DNA of 63,979 nucleotides, the filler included, from Reticulomyxa filosa (taxonomy: Eukaryota > Protista > Foraminifera): assembly GCA_000512085.1 (NCBI GenBank). It is 21 parts of 21 records of this genome, joined end to end, with 100 filler letters (N's around TTAATTAATTAA, not from the genome) between each part and the next. Parts side by side here need not be neighbours in the genome. Positions count along the whole stretch, not along the records: positions 1 to 10,182 come from ASPP01012134.1; positions 10,283 to 18,523 come from ASPP01008112.1; 19 more parts are not named here. The stretch is one strand, 5' to 3'. Positions 1-13,187 of this stretch are shown one piece after another (positions within the stretch are counted from its first letter, which is position 1; each line of letters starts with the position of its first letter). Position numbers and translations under genes: made by a program. The notes under the pieces are model-generated. The model did no database searches. It saw only the letters and a list, made by a program, of their open reading frames with translations, and was not told the DNA's origin.

Positions 1-2
1 GA

Positions 3-2455
3 GAATTACTTCAATCCAAATTTGGTTACCACTTGTTCAACACTTACAGTGCACAAAATCCAAGCACTGAGTCGTTGACTCTAGACGGACTCAGCCAATT
101 CATTGTTAGGCATTGTTCGACTGTAATAGATGATTCCAAAGACGACGACGATGAGGACAACGTCGCTTATGATGGCTTGATATTTGTGTGGTGTGGATAT
201 GGGGAATGTAAGAACGACAAAGATATCTTAATTACAAGTGATAACAAAACTGTTGCGTTTGAAGACATTCTAAGCATTGTCGCAAAAACAAACGCAATAC
301 TTTGTGGGAAAGCCGAAACTATTTGTCAATATTGCATACAATGAGCAAGAGGGAGTCATGCAAATGCAGGGAAATTACAACGTAATGCCGGACAACCCAG
401 ATGTGGATGTATTCAAAATTTGTGCAATCAATCCGAGGAAATCTGCTATCGAAAGAGAATGTAAAGGCAGCTATTTCGCAGAGACATTTTGTCACGTGAT
501 TGAAGACAATATCAACAAAAGTTTGAACTCCATAGTTGCTCAAGTGACTCAAATTCTCGCTGGCCTGCCAATGAGAAGTGGGATTATCGAAACCGTTTCG
601 ACTGCCCATTCTGTCATTTATTTGGTCCCGCGGACAGCACATCGCCGAACTCAAAATAGAGATGGCAATATCAAATCCGGGGATGAGATGACATCATATG
701 AGAGGAAGACTGGAGATATTGTAGAAACTTTGGATTTCAGAAGACATTGGAATAGGAAGTGGAGAAAAGCAAATGCGGAGGCAGCAAAAATGGTTGAACA
801 AATGCTGGGACAACATGAACAAGGCTTAGTCATTGTCGCCAATGATGTCTCGAAATGGAAAAATAAGTGTAATGAGTCTTCTTCATTCATCATGTCGGTT
901 AACAGTGACGACATTCCCAAAAAACAATTTGGCGAATATTGGATGTATGTGATAAAAGGCAAGGTGATATTGTTGAATGAAATGGACATTGATGGAAATG
1001 TATATGCTGTCAGCTGCGAAATCCAATGCGAAGGACAGGTAAATGTTACAACACAGTTGTTTGTTACAAAGGGCTCCATCATTCCTCTATCATTGAAACA
1101 ATTGACTTCACTCATTCAATGGGATACCAGATTGCACCATGATGTCACCGTGCAATTCCAGGATCTTGAGGACAAGGAAGAACAATGCTCACAAAAAAAG
1201 GCTTTTTGATGACTCCATTTTTCATTTGTATAAACATTTGCAACTTTGCTTTAACACGTTTGGTCGTGCACATCCTTATGTTGCCATTTCGTACAATATC
1301 ATTGGCACTGCATATGGCAACAAAGGACGCCATGACAAAGGAATTGAATGGTACAAAAGAGCTTTGGATATCATGTTCGAGGTTTTTGGCGCTAATTACG
1401 TTTTTGTGACACAGTTGTATCATAATTTAGGAGTTATGTACACGGATATTCAAGAATATGAACAATCGATTGCATATCATGAAAAAGGGTTAAAAATTAA
1501 ATTGAACATTTTTGATGCGAATCATGCCAGTATTGCTGAGTCTTACAATTATATCGGAAATACCTATTATGCGAAAGGGTATTATAACAGGGCTATCGAA
1601 ATCTATGAAAAGTCATTGAAAATCAGATTAGATGTTTTGGGATGCGATAATGTTGAGGTTGCTTGGTCATACAACAACTTAGGAAATACCTTTTACAAGA
1701 AAGGGCAATATGACAAAGCGATTGAAAGCTACGAAATGTCATTAAAAATTCGATTACATATTTTTGGAGAGAAACACGATGACGTTGCTAATTTGTATAA
1801 CAGTTTGGGGTATTGCTATGGCAATAAAGGCTGCTACGATAAAGCAATTGATCTCTATGAAAAGGCATTGAATATCAAATTACATATTTTTGGAGCTAAT
1901 CACGCTGATGTCGCTTGGTCACATATTAATATTGCAAATGCTTGGGATAACACCGAACAGAACAGCAAAGCGATTGAATATTATGAAAAGGCATTACAAA
2001 TCAGGTTATGCGTTTTTGGGAATGACCATATCGAGGTCGCAAATGCATACAATATTTTAGGAAATGCTCTTTATAAGCAAGGACAGTATGACAAAGCAAT
2101 TGAATGTCATGAAAGTGCATTGAAAACCAGACTGAATACTTTTGGCACTCATCACAGTGATGTTGCTTGGTCGTATCACAATTTAGGAAACGTGTATCAA
2201 AATAGGACGCAGTATGACAAATGCATCGAATACTATAAAATTGCATTGGAAATACGAAAGAAGATATTTCAAAAGGCGAATAAAGATGTTGGTGATTCAC
2301 TTTGGAATTTGGGATTGGCCTTTAAAGGAAAAAGAGAAAAAGATGTAGCATGTAAATATTACGAAGGAGCATGGAAAGTGTACAGCGCATTGTTGGGAGA
2401 ATATAATCACGAAACATTGGAAGCAAAGGAAAAGGTAAAAGAATTAAGTGAATGA
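3..2455 (+). CDS. Caspase-like (C14 fold, catalytic dyad lost) domain fused to a 42-aa TPR array; 5' truncated, two frameshifts (~290, ~1195)
   Basis: Three overlapping ORFs join with single-base shifts in A-runs. Caspase-type motifs DGLIFVWCGYG, GKPKLFVNIAY and GSYFAETFC. The C-terminal ORF has about 9-10 repeats of the type VAxSYNNLGxxYxxKGQYDKAIExYExSLxIR. Confidence 0.75.
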
Positions 2456-3276
2456 GAATAGCAAAAGATATTGTTTGACACTATCAAACAAAGTTTTTTG
2501 TCGTTTGTTATGAGAAATTTTTTTATAAAGTCTATAAATAGTTTGGCATCAAATGAAAATTTGATGCATGAAAATTGTACGATAACAGAGATCTTGGTGT
2601 TGTTAATGGCACATAATTTTCACCAGATGGCTATCTTCTGGTTCAGGCAAAGCAATATCTAAAATCACACTTGAAGATTCAATTTTGCCAAAAATTCGGC
2701 CTTCTTCTTCACAGCAAATATCTTTCGTACTCCTTATTACATTTATTTTTTTGGGTAAACGTACACACCGATCATACAAAATAAGCACAAACACGCACAG
2801 AAAAGGCGCATGTTTTTTTTGGTGTGTGTCTTGTCTCTCGTTGCTTCATTCTTTCTACAAACAGCATCAGTTTTTTTTTAAACAAAAGGTACATACCGCC
2901 AGAAATTAATAAATGAAATTTTGTGAATAAAAAAAGACTTCAAATGATCAACAGAAATTCAAAAGTTTTGAAAAAAACAGCAAAAACAAAACTAAAACAA
3001 AAATTACTATATTAATCGCCTCAATGTTTTCAAGATTTTTTAATAAAATGTTGGAAACACTCCATTTTCTTTAACCTGTTCAAATGAGATTACTTGTTAA
3101 TTATACATAATGCAAAAAAAAGATGAATGTAGTGTCAGATTTTGGCACAATTAAAGATTGTCAATATTTATAGGCTATGTTCGTCTTGAACTTTGCAAGG
3201 AGAGAGGGGGGGGGAACGGGAAGAGAAACTTTGACAAATTCAAACATAAACTAAGCAAAAGGACACAATTTGCAAT

Positions 3277-4630
3277 TCAGACATGGCCTTGTAGTTGAGC
3301 AATAATTTCATCTACACTAATGCGTTCTGAGCGTTTTAACGTCCAGCACTTGTTGATAATCTATATTTTATAAATCACAAAAAAAAAAACAAAAAAAAAA
3401 AACGATCCGTGTATTGAAAACGTAAGTAAAAAAAAAAAAAAGCGTGTACAAAAATTTGGAGGACAAAAAAAAGGGGGAATATGAGTCATAACATTTTGCA
3501 GAAACTGGGGACAGGAGGTGGGTAAAGTCGGAAGTTTTAGAGCAGTGATTTGTTTTTTGACATCATTGATAGCAAGATCAGCATAAGGATTTTTTTCGAG
3601 ACTAATTGATAAAGAATGAATCCGTAGGCCCAAATGTCACTTTCCGGACTCAAAGGTAGGCCCTCGGAAAAGTAGCTCGGATCGCACCAATAGCCGTCAA
3701 AGTCGACATCTGGCATCATGACCTGCATGGTCTGTTTCAAGCTGATTAATCCAAAGTCGGTGACTTTGACGTTCATAACATCGTCGAATAAAATGTTTTT
3801 GGTTTTGATAAACCCATGGCAAGTGTTCAATTGTGTGTGGATGAACTTTAGAGTCTGTACCAACTGAAGTGCAATTCGAACGACGACTTTTAAGGCAAAT
3901 GGCGTGTGTTTTGGCGAAGCTATAACGATATCGTGCAAACTGCCTTTGCTGTACCACCTGCTTAACATTTCAATGCTGTGATTGTTGTCTCTTGTCACCA
4001 AACGTACGGCGTACAAATGAGCGAGAAACTCGTAGTGACAATGTTGTCGCGATGATATATCCGTCACTATTTGTTTGAGCAAGCTTTCGGGAATGCCACT
4101 TTGGCAATGGAACAACTTGATGCACACGTCAATGGTGTTGCAAGTGCCTCTAAACGTCGAGTACTCGGCCATTTCCGCTATCGTCTCTTTTATCATCAAT
4201 GTGTTCCAATCGATCGATATAGGTTTCACTGAATCTTTGTGCAGTCGCTCATGTTTTCTGTGATTGACATCTATTTTTTTTTTTTTTTTTAATCACTTCG
4301 TTTCATTTCATTTGATTTAAAAAAAAAAAAAAATTGACAACAAACAAATATGTCCGTTACTCAAAGCAAAAAAAAAAAAAAAATCAACCTAAATCAGCTT
4401 GGTCAAAAGAATGACGTTGTTGTTTGTGCGAGTGGTGGCGATGTTGCTTGATATTAACGGGACTCTGAAGAGAATCGTGATCATCGCTTTTGTGTGTGGA
4501 ATAGTTGGACTCACTTATTTTCAGAGATTGGTCGGCGTTGAGCGAGAGTGGTTGTTGTCCAATGAATTTGAAGATAGTTTTACTTTTGCTGTTATTGATA
4601 TCTCCAATGTCTTCATTATGATTATTGTTA

Positions 4631-4676
<46 letters not shown>

Positions 4677-5643
4677 CATTGTTATTGTTATTATTATTAT
4701 TATTATTATCATCACTGCCAATAGTGTCGCTGCCATGATTGGACGAGAAGTTATGCGAGATGTTGGATTTTTTGCCGGCGTGTCGAATAAGCAGTGGATC
4801 TCCATCGAGGAGGGGCTGACATTGGGCGGCGCCAGACGGATCTGCAATGAAAAGGTTTCTCCAATGGTCGAAGGCCATGATGAGGAAGCCCAGAACATTC
4901 CAATCGGTGACGTACAAGACGGGGAACATTTCACAAAAGAAGATGGTAAGGACCACGGAGATTTGAAAAGCTAATTTGTTATTATCCCAATTGCAAATGT
5001 CATTGTTCGCCCATATCGACAGCATTGTTCCTTCGAACACGTCTCCCAAAGTCCAAATGAGCACGACCAGGTTCATTCTTTTGGCTTGCTGCTTCCACAC
5101 GTCATTTAAAAAAGGGAACCCGGCGAAGCGCACCACCAGAAATATATACACACCCATGGCACACGTGGGTATGAATAGCTGCATGATCCACATGCTGCGA
5201 AACAGCGCCAACGCCAACTCGTCCACATTCGCGCGCTTCTTCACACATATAATGTATGTCACTACCAATGCGACAAGCAAGAATACGAACACGGCAAAGT
5301 ACATGCGACGCCAAAGTCGTCCGTAGTCCTCTCTCGTCACGAGGAACTGATCGCGACTGAACAATGTTATTTCCATCCATATGCAACATAAGATCATATA
5401 CACCAACAAAAACAAAAATGATGGCAACAGAAATAGCAGATTCATTAATATGTCCAACACATTCGTGTTCATGTCGATATGTCCTATGTAAAACATAAAG
5501 TGCAACGAAAATGTCAATGCTCGAATCATTACAAATAAGAGTACACTCAAGCAAAATATTCGCAATGTGTTCCATGATCGACTCATTTTACCCACTTTTC
5601 GCAAATTTCTTATCACTAATGCACACAATAGTATGTAGAAAAA
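3277..5643 (-). CDS. Multi-pass (about 7-TM, THH1/TOM1- or GPCR-like) domain + poly-Asn linker + TKL-type pseudokinase
   Basis: Hydrophobic helices in ORF 4384..5628. A GT-AG intron at 4271-4388 joins it in frame (G|AT=Asp) to the kinase exon (VCIK, HGFIKTKNIL, DFG, SDIWAYG). There is a 1-nt shift in an A7 run near 3592. A last intron ending at 3361 leads to IINKCWTLKRSERISVDEIIAQLQGHV*. First exon unresolved. Confidence 0.75.
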
Positions 5644-6325
5644 CTATATTCATACACATACACACACAAACTTGTTTACATGCATATTCATAAGGTTTAC
5701 ATTTCATTTTTTATAGGATTTTTTTTAAAACTTCGTTTACATTCCTTTCTTTTTTCTCCAGTTTTTTGTTTGTTTTTTTTTTTTTGCAGAACCCAAAAAA
5801 AAAAGGAAAGAAAAAAAGAAAAATCTCAAAAATTCTTGTTTTTTATTTTTATTGTTCTTGATACTGCAAGAAAAAGGGAAGATAGCTCCAAATTTGCAAA
5901 TAATGTTGCCGGATACACTTTCTCTGATGACATTTTGCTTTCTTATTTATCTATTGAGAGGATTGGCTCTGAACCCGAAAGGGGAAGGAAAAAACCTTAA
6001 TCCTTGAAAACTTGTCGTTTTTGGTTTTAAATCGACGTGGTGGAAGGCACTTACATTCAAAAACGTTGTTTTTGCATATTTTTTCCTTTTTGATAATTAA
6101 GACAAAAAAATTAATGGACAGGTCAGGGCTAATTGAAAATGACTGTAAAAAAGTTGAAATAAGCAAAAAAAAATTGCAGCATAACTGTTACTCAAAACCT
6201 CACACCTAAAAAGCAGTGTTAACTTTTAAAAGAACACAACCAGATTTTTTAAAAGAGTGACAAACACTTTGTTTAAACTTTCTGTCAGAATTTTTTCATC
6301 TGCCTTTCTTAGTCGTAAGGAAGAA

Positions 6326-7131
6326 ATGACAGAAAAAGAAGAAAAAAGTGATAAATCGGACGATACTCATACTGACGACTTGGTCAAACAATTGCGTCAT
6401 GATTTGGATAAAATCCGAGCAGAAGGAGGTGAGAGTCACCTAGGACTAAAAACTGTTTCGTGCAAAAAAAAAAAAAAGGTCTACGATCACAAAGGATTGT
6501 TAACACACAACCACCACAGAGAATCACAGAAGAGTGATATTGTTAAGTGTGGATGCATCCGAATATAGCGTGAAAGCAATAGAATGGGCAAGTAAAAACA
6601 CACTTCGGCCGACGGACGTGGTTGTGTTGATGACTGTTTGGGAAGAGCTTATCGACTTGTCTACAGTGCCAACAGCAGTCGATCCAATTGGTTCATTTTT
6701 TATTTATTTTATTTTATTTTTTTTTTTTTTGCAAAGTGTGCATTTTTTTTTTTTTTTTAATTTAAAGAGACTTCATCCTCGCCAAATAAACAAGTCAAGA
6801 AACCTAAAAATAAATAGGGGCGTTAATAGTTAATAACGAGGAAATCCAAAAACATAATGAAGACCACTTGGTGAATGCAAAAAAGTTACTGGTGTCATTG
6901 TATAACGCATATTTGTCCAAGATGAAAGTGCTGCCATTACTGGTGTCTTCGCCGAACCAAGGCAAGCCGTACATTGGCAAGCTAATTTGCGGAGCTGCCA
7001 AAATGTTAGACGTTGATCTGATTGTCATGGGGTCGCGAGGGCTGGGAAAAGTCAAGCAGTTTTTCATGGGCAGTGTGTCAAAACATGTGGTCGAAACTTC
7101 CCATTGCCCTGTTTTGATTGTCAAAACTTAG
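6326..7131 (+). CDS. Universal stress protein (UspA family), 3 exons
   Basis: ILLSVDASEYSVKAIEWA and DLIVMGSRGLGKVKQFFMGSVSKHVVETSHCPVLIVK are canonical USP motifs. Introns at 6429-6519 and about 6691-6768. Confidence 0.9.
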
Positions 7132-7813
7132 ACTTTTCTTGACCACCAAAAGGGAAACAAACAACAGTTCTTGTTGTTGTACTGATGTCTTACTCGATTT
7201 GTTTTTGTTGAAGAAATTGTCAACATTTCAATTAACATCCTTGTTCGGTTAGAAGAATGTTCTTCGTTTCTATTTTTCTCTTACGTGTTAAAAGCGTGGA
7301 CATTTTATCTGTCTCTGAACTATCTCGAGGAATTGAAATTATAAAGCTAAAAAAAAAAAATAAATAAATATACAAACCACATACACAATAATACAATGGT
7401 ACTTGTGGTTAGTTGCATAATTAAAGAATAGATATTGTCATATACGTGTATGTGTATGTATACGTAACAAAAAGGATTATTCCGGCTTGTTCCGCAAACG
7501 AGTCATTCAAAATTGAGTTGTAAAGAAAATGAAAATAGATTGGCTATTTGGTTTTTAAACATATAGAGTGCAAGGGATCAAGGCAGCTAATTGTTTTTTA
7601 TTGGAAAGACCTTTTTATTGTTTTTATTTTGTTAACTCTGCTCACATTTCGTTTAGATTAAAGAGAATAGCCGTCAGATGAAAGTGTGACACATAGTTCT
7701 AAGTGAGTCGAAGGCATCAATTGTGTTTGACTATTTTAATAAAATAAAACAAGCGTACGAACAACTTGAACGTGTTAAAAAAAACTTGTGAAAGCCCCCT
7801 TTGTTAATTATCA

Positions 7814-8254
7814 ATGTCGTTCAAACGCAAATATCCACGAAATCAAGAAGATAATGGCTCCAGCCTCCCAGGTTATCCAAGCGCAAAGAAACCGCGACAA
7901 AACTCGAGAAATGCAGGACAATTGCACGAGTGGTGGACGAAGGGCAAAAGCATCGAGACGACAGAGAATGAGACAACGAGGATAATGAATGGAACGAGGG
8001 TACAGTGCCAAAGTCAATAATTGACTATTTTCTAAACCTGGAATCGATATTGGACCAAGGTGGGAGTGATGAAGACATAGGATTGTTGTATGAGAACGCA
8101 ATGCGAGAAGTGTCGGACCACAAGCAGCCGATTGCAACCACGACGTTGTTATTGCACCCACAAACCTCACGAGTGTTTGAGAAGCTCGTCCAAGTGTTGT
8201 TACCGTATCATTTGCGTGCATTTGTTCATCGTTTTGTCGTGCCTCAGTTAATGT

Positions 8255-8294
<40 letters not shown>

Positions 8295-9932
8295 AATACA
8301 TATGTAAATAATATTAATTTTATAAAGAATTACCAACACTTTTTTTTATTAAAAAAAGTATGGCAGAGATATGTCGAGGTCGCTGCTCAAGTCATGTGTT
8401 GCAAACCTTGTTGATTCGCTTCCCACGAATCTTGGTGGAAGAGTCCCATGTCGATAATGGAGACACAACAGCAGCAAGAGTAGATGAGGATGCAATGAAC
8501 ACGACCCTTTCTTTGCACACTGCTGAACATGCCGACGCGATGGAAACGGAGACCACCGTGCCTTTGGCACACCAACTACTGGAGATGATGATCGAGCCAT
8601 TCTTGTCATCTGTCCCATCTCAGAACGGACAAGCGAATGGAAACAATGACAAAAAGAACTCAAAGGCAAGTCACAGAAACATGTCAGAGGAGGAGGAGGA
8701 GAGCAAGAGTCGGAGTCGTCCTTGTCGCTGCTGTGGTCATTGTGGATTGACCCATGTGCCACCTTCATCATCCGCGACTTGCTGTGGATCACCAGTGGCG
8801 TTGTACGCTTTCATCCAGAACAAGACAAAAAAAGCCGAATGCTTTTGCATCATATTCGAAGACTTCCAACTGTTTGTTTATTTTATTTCGTGTATCTTAA
8901 TATATAAATATATTATTGTTAATTATGAAAACAATCTCCAACTACTATCATCAATCAAAAAAAAAAAAAAAAAAGTTGTCACGATTTGGGATATCACATA
9001 TACCAGAGTCGGTGCGTGAATTTCCAAAGCAAGTGGGCTTGCTGCTGTTAAGCGAGAACGTGAGGGGAGAGAAAGAGAGCAAAGATATGATATTCAACAG
9101 CCAGACGAGCGCCTCTCTCAAAGTGCTCGTCGAGTGCCTGTTCATCAAAAAGGAACTCGCGCTGCTGGATGACCTGGGGTCGCTTCTCTTGAGTCTCTCC
9201 GAAATCTCCCCAAACAAGCCCACGCCCATGTATCTCTTAAAACACATTACCAAGATTCAATGTCACATTTGTGCAAGCCATGTCTTGCAAACTTTATTTG
9301 AAGTTTTGTGTGTGTTTTTGAAAACTCAAAGATGTATTCTTATTTTAATGTATTCACTGAACTATTATTATATATATATATACATATATATAGTTTTGCT
9401 CAGACAAGTGGGTGTTATTTTTGGTTGAACACGTGTACAATGACGCCAAACGACTGAGAATGATGGCTTTGCATCCAATCGCAAATCACGTGTTGCAAGT
9501 TACTAAACTAACTATTTTTTTTTTTTTTCGTCGATACTTTTTTTTAAATGGAAAGAAAACGACACGGCCGTGTGACAATCCTCTTTGTTTGTTTGTTTGT
9601 TTGTTTGTTTGGAGGATATCGTCAGTCAATGCTGAGAAGACTACCCCCGTCGTCGAAAGACTTGGTTGAGCAAATGCTATCGCACATTTCGCCGCAAACG
9701 GGAGACTTGTTTTTGAAGAACCGCAACGGGGTGCTGTGCGAGTTACTCCACGCCAGTGTGAAATGCGGCATCACGAGCGACAACTATCACGTCAACGAGC
9801 TAATAGGAACGCTGTTGCATCGCATCGAGCAAGAAATGCAAAATGCGCCCACACAACAGGATACCACTGACAACGTCGTACTGTATTTGTTGCATTATCA
9901 TTCCTTTGACAATAATAGTAATAATAGTAATA

Positions 9933-9967
<35 letters not shown>

Positions 9968-10141
9968 GATGCCAATCCCAAGGCCAAACAAGTCTTGTCG
10001 CAATTGCTCCCGCTGTCTTCTCGCTATTCCACTGTCGGCTGTTTATTACTGCAAGCGCTTATCAAAACGCCGTCCGACCAATGGTCGAAGGGCATTCAAC
10101 AAAAGTTCTATCTATCTCTGCCCTTTCTACTTATCCAATAA
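7814..10141 (+). CDS. NOP9: Nucleolar protein 9 (Pumilio-like repeat), multi-exon, probably 3' incomplete
   Basis: IIDYFLNLES, LLYENAMREV, SRVFEKLV, SSHVLQTLL, ASHVLQTLFE and ALHPIANHVLQ match the Nop9 PUF-repeat pattern in order across successive ORFs separated by AT-rich introns. Confidence 0.75.
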
Positions 10142-10148
10142 GAACATT

Positions 10149-10182
<34 letters not shown>

Positions 10183-10282
10183 NNNNNNNNNNNNNNNNNN
10201 NNNNNNNNNNNNNNNNNNNNNNNNNNTTAATTAATTAANNNNNNNNNNNNNNNNNNNNNNNNNNNNNNNNNNNNNNNNNNNN
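10183..10282. other. Artificial contig spacer (first of 20)
   Basis: N44-TTAATTAATTAA-N44, with stops in all six frames. Identical spacers start at 10183, 18524, 21408, 22876, 24059, 29035, 31244, 34712, 36391, 39002, 41961, 43235, 45524, 49384, 50612, 51966, 57593, 59591, 60704 and 62001. Confidence 0.98.
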
Positions 10283-13187
10283 ATATATATATATAAAGAA
10301 TTGGAAAAAAGTAACTACGATATGTGGTCATATCATTCTTCAAAAAAAAAAAGATAAACTTGTTGCAATTGATATTGGAAACGATGGTCGTGATGATGAT
10401 GCGATAGAAGCCACAGATTGGTCGGACAGTTTTTTACTTTAAAAGTGAAGGGGTCCATCAGATTGCAATTGTTTGTTACCATGGGCAAACGAATATACTC
10501 TTTCTTCGACGGATAGACGGCACATTTGTCGGTGTTGGGGTTGGAGGTCGTGTCGTAATCGCCATGATTATCTGGGGGCTTTACAAATAGCCTTTGGGTA
10601 AGCCAAGTTTGAGTGCGGTCAATGCACAGTTCGTTGTCTTCGGTTTCATCGTCGCTGTCACTATTACTGTCATTGGCACTCTTGTGGACGTGATGCGCTC
10701 CTCCGAGAGGTTCCATTGCGTCGTGATCCATTGCAAACTCAAATTCGTTTTGATGCTCCAAAATTGGGGAGAGATCGGAAGAAGCTCGTAGACTACGTAG
10801 CACATCAAAGATTTACATATCATATATATATATATATACATATATATATTTATATATAATTGTTGGAACAACAAAGACAAGCAAAACTGATTGGCCGACT
10901 GAGGTTGAGACTGTGAATGAGATTGGTAAAAAGAAGATCTCCAAGAAGAGAATTTGGACAAGAAAGAACTCGGACTGTAATCTGCGACGAGGAATCGAAT
11001 AAAGGAATCAAATAGGAACTGATGGAGAATAAGGTCGTGTTGGGACGCATTGGTGATGACAAGCAACTGAAACAGACGCTGTTGTTTGTTGAGAGGCATA
11101 CGTAACTGCGGCGTGAAGAAACGGAACCAACGAGGCTCGATTGCGGCGTCAATGGTCGGAGCAATGCCCATTGCAAACAACACACGCATACAGTCTTTCG
11201 GATTGGCATTCATGTGCCACATCCACAATGACAGCCATTCGGTTAGTGTCATGTAGCAATCATTATTGCTATGACTATTCACATTTGCATTTGCATTTGC
11301 ATTTACATTCAAGTGATCGTGTTGCCGTTTCCAATCTTTTAAAAACGACACTTCCGACGCCTCAAATAATTCCAATAAATAATGATACATACGATCATTC
11401 ACGTAGCAGTTATCAAAATCATGCAATATTTGTCGTTGCTATTTGTTACATTATTAATAAATAAATAAATAAATAAATAATAATTAATTAATTAATTATT
11501 GTCATTTGTCATTACAAAAAAATGAAAAAATAAAAACACCTTGGAAGAAGGAATCAAAGTGGAAGAATGAGAATGGCAACAAAATTTTAAAAAGACGGAA
11601 ATCAAACAACCGAGGATTCCCTCATTGATTTCAAAGTACACGTTTGTTTTGTTCTCACTCTTTGTCGACTCCGTCACGTGTTTTGCCTTTGTCCACGTTT
11701 CATACCTTTCCATCTCGCATTTCAAATATTGATTGAGCTCCTCTTTTGTCGGCACCTCGTCTATGCGCTCTTGCAAGTGTGCACTCCGAGCAAGATTCTT
11801 TCGAGTGACCTTTTTTTTTTTTTTTCCGCTCTCCTTTCTCTCTCTCTCTTTCATTTGACATTTTTTTTGTTTGTTTGTTTAAAAGAAAAAAAAACAAACC
11901 CAAAAATTTCCAAAGCATTCCAAATGAAAAAGTGCTTATTGGAACGAATAAGTTCTAAGTGCAGATGAATGAAGCCATTTAAAGCGACGCAAGTGCGATC
12001 TTTGCTCAAACAGCGAGGATGCATTTTTTCGAGGCACTCCAGTTTTTGTTCTTCTTCGTCGCTGTACAAGTCCATCTGTTCCAACCAGTCTTTCAAGCCC
12101 ATTATTTCTTTCTCGCTTATCAGTTGGCCTAGATATTCTCGATAATACGTCAATAGGTCGTTATCTTTCACCCACAAACAGTAGCACATATCTCTTATTT
12201 TATTATTATTATTATTATTATTATTTATTATCCGCCATGGCAAATATACATACTATATACATATATACGTATATATATATGTATATATTTATGTGTATTG
12301 TATTTTTGCCAACTGTCGAGAAAAAAGTCAAAATTACGATCTAAAATATGGAATATTCTTGTTAAGGCGCTAAGGAATTCTGGGGATATAATCATTTGTT
12401 GATTTTCATCCGTGATGAAAGAGTGCGAATAGTAACTGGAATTATATTGCTGTTGCTGTTGCTGTTGCTGTTGTTGTTGTTGTTGGAATTGCATTTGATA
12501 GTGTGTTGCCAAATACGAGTTCGGATATCTCCGGTATTTGTAATCCGTACAAGTCACAACCAACGGATACAACGGATACAACATTAACGTAATCACACTT
12601 TCCATGGCGTCCAGCACTCCTTCCATATTTTGCTCCACTGAAATTTGATACACGTTTTTGATAAAAGGGTGTGACCTCGAAATTTCCGTAACTTTCTGCA
12701 CACGGTAACTTTCGTTGGTATAGGTTGGGTCGATGTCGTACGTCGATATTAAGTCGCCGCAGTATATATCGCATTTGTTTATAAATACAAAGATTGGAAT
12801 GGGGTTGCTGCAACACTTCACTATTTCACATAACCAGTGATCGGTTATTCGATTGATTGACGACATGTTATCCCACGAAGACATTATTATCACTGCATTG
12901 CTGTCGCGGACCACTTGCTTCATACTCAGTGTTATATTGTTCGATGGGGTGTCGATCAGATTTATGTTGCATCGAGTCGAAAATTTGCTGTTGTTGTTTT
13001 TACCCAAGAAATCGTTTGCTGGGATTTGCACGGGCACCATTAGCGGTACAACACTTGGCAGGTCTTTCTTCTTCTTTTCAAACTCATGGTTCACATACGA
13101 ATGGATTAAGGTTGTTTTTCCCACTTTCGCATCACCAACTAGTACTAAGGTCAAATTCTCATATTGAAATTCACTACAAGCAGACAT
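10283..13187 (-). CDS. RHOT/Miro: Mitochondrial Rho GTPase Miro (N-GTPase + EF-hand region), multi-exon, 3' end cut by contig edge
   Basis: LVLVGDAKVGKTTLI, IDTPS, INRITDHWL, FINKCD; LYPLYPL; ALTRIFHILDRNFD; LNGFIHLH; MTLTEWLSLW...LFAMGI occur in Miro order. Confidence 0.85.

Noticed and set aside
4399-4974. Poly-Ile/Leu antisense ORFs (also 9843..10238, 12396..12587, 52475..53799)
   Set aside because: These are shadow frames of (AAT)n, (CAA)n and (TCT)n coding microsatellites.
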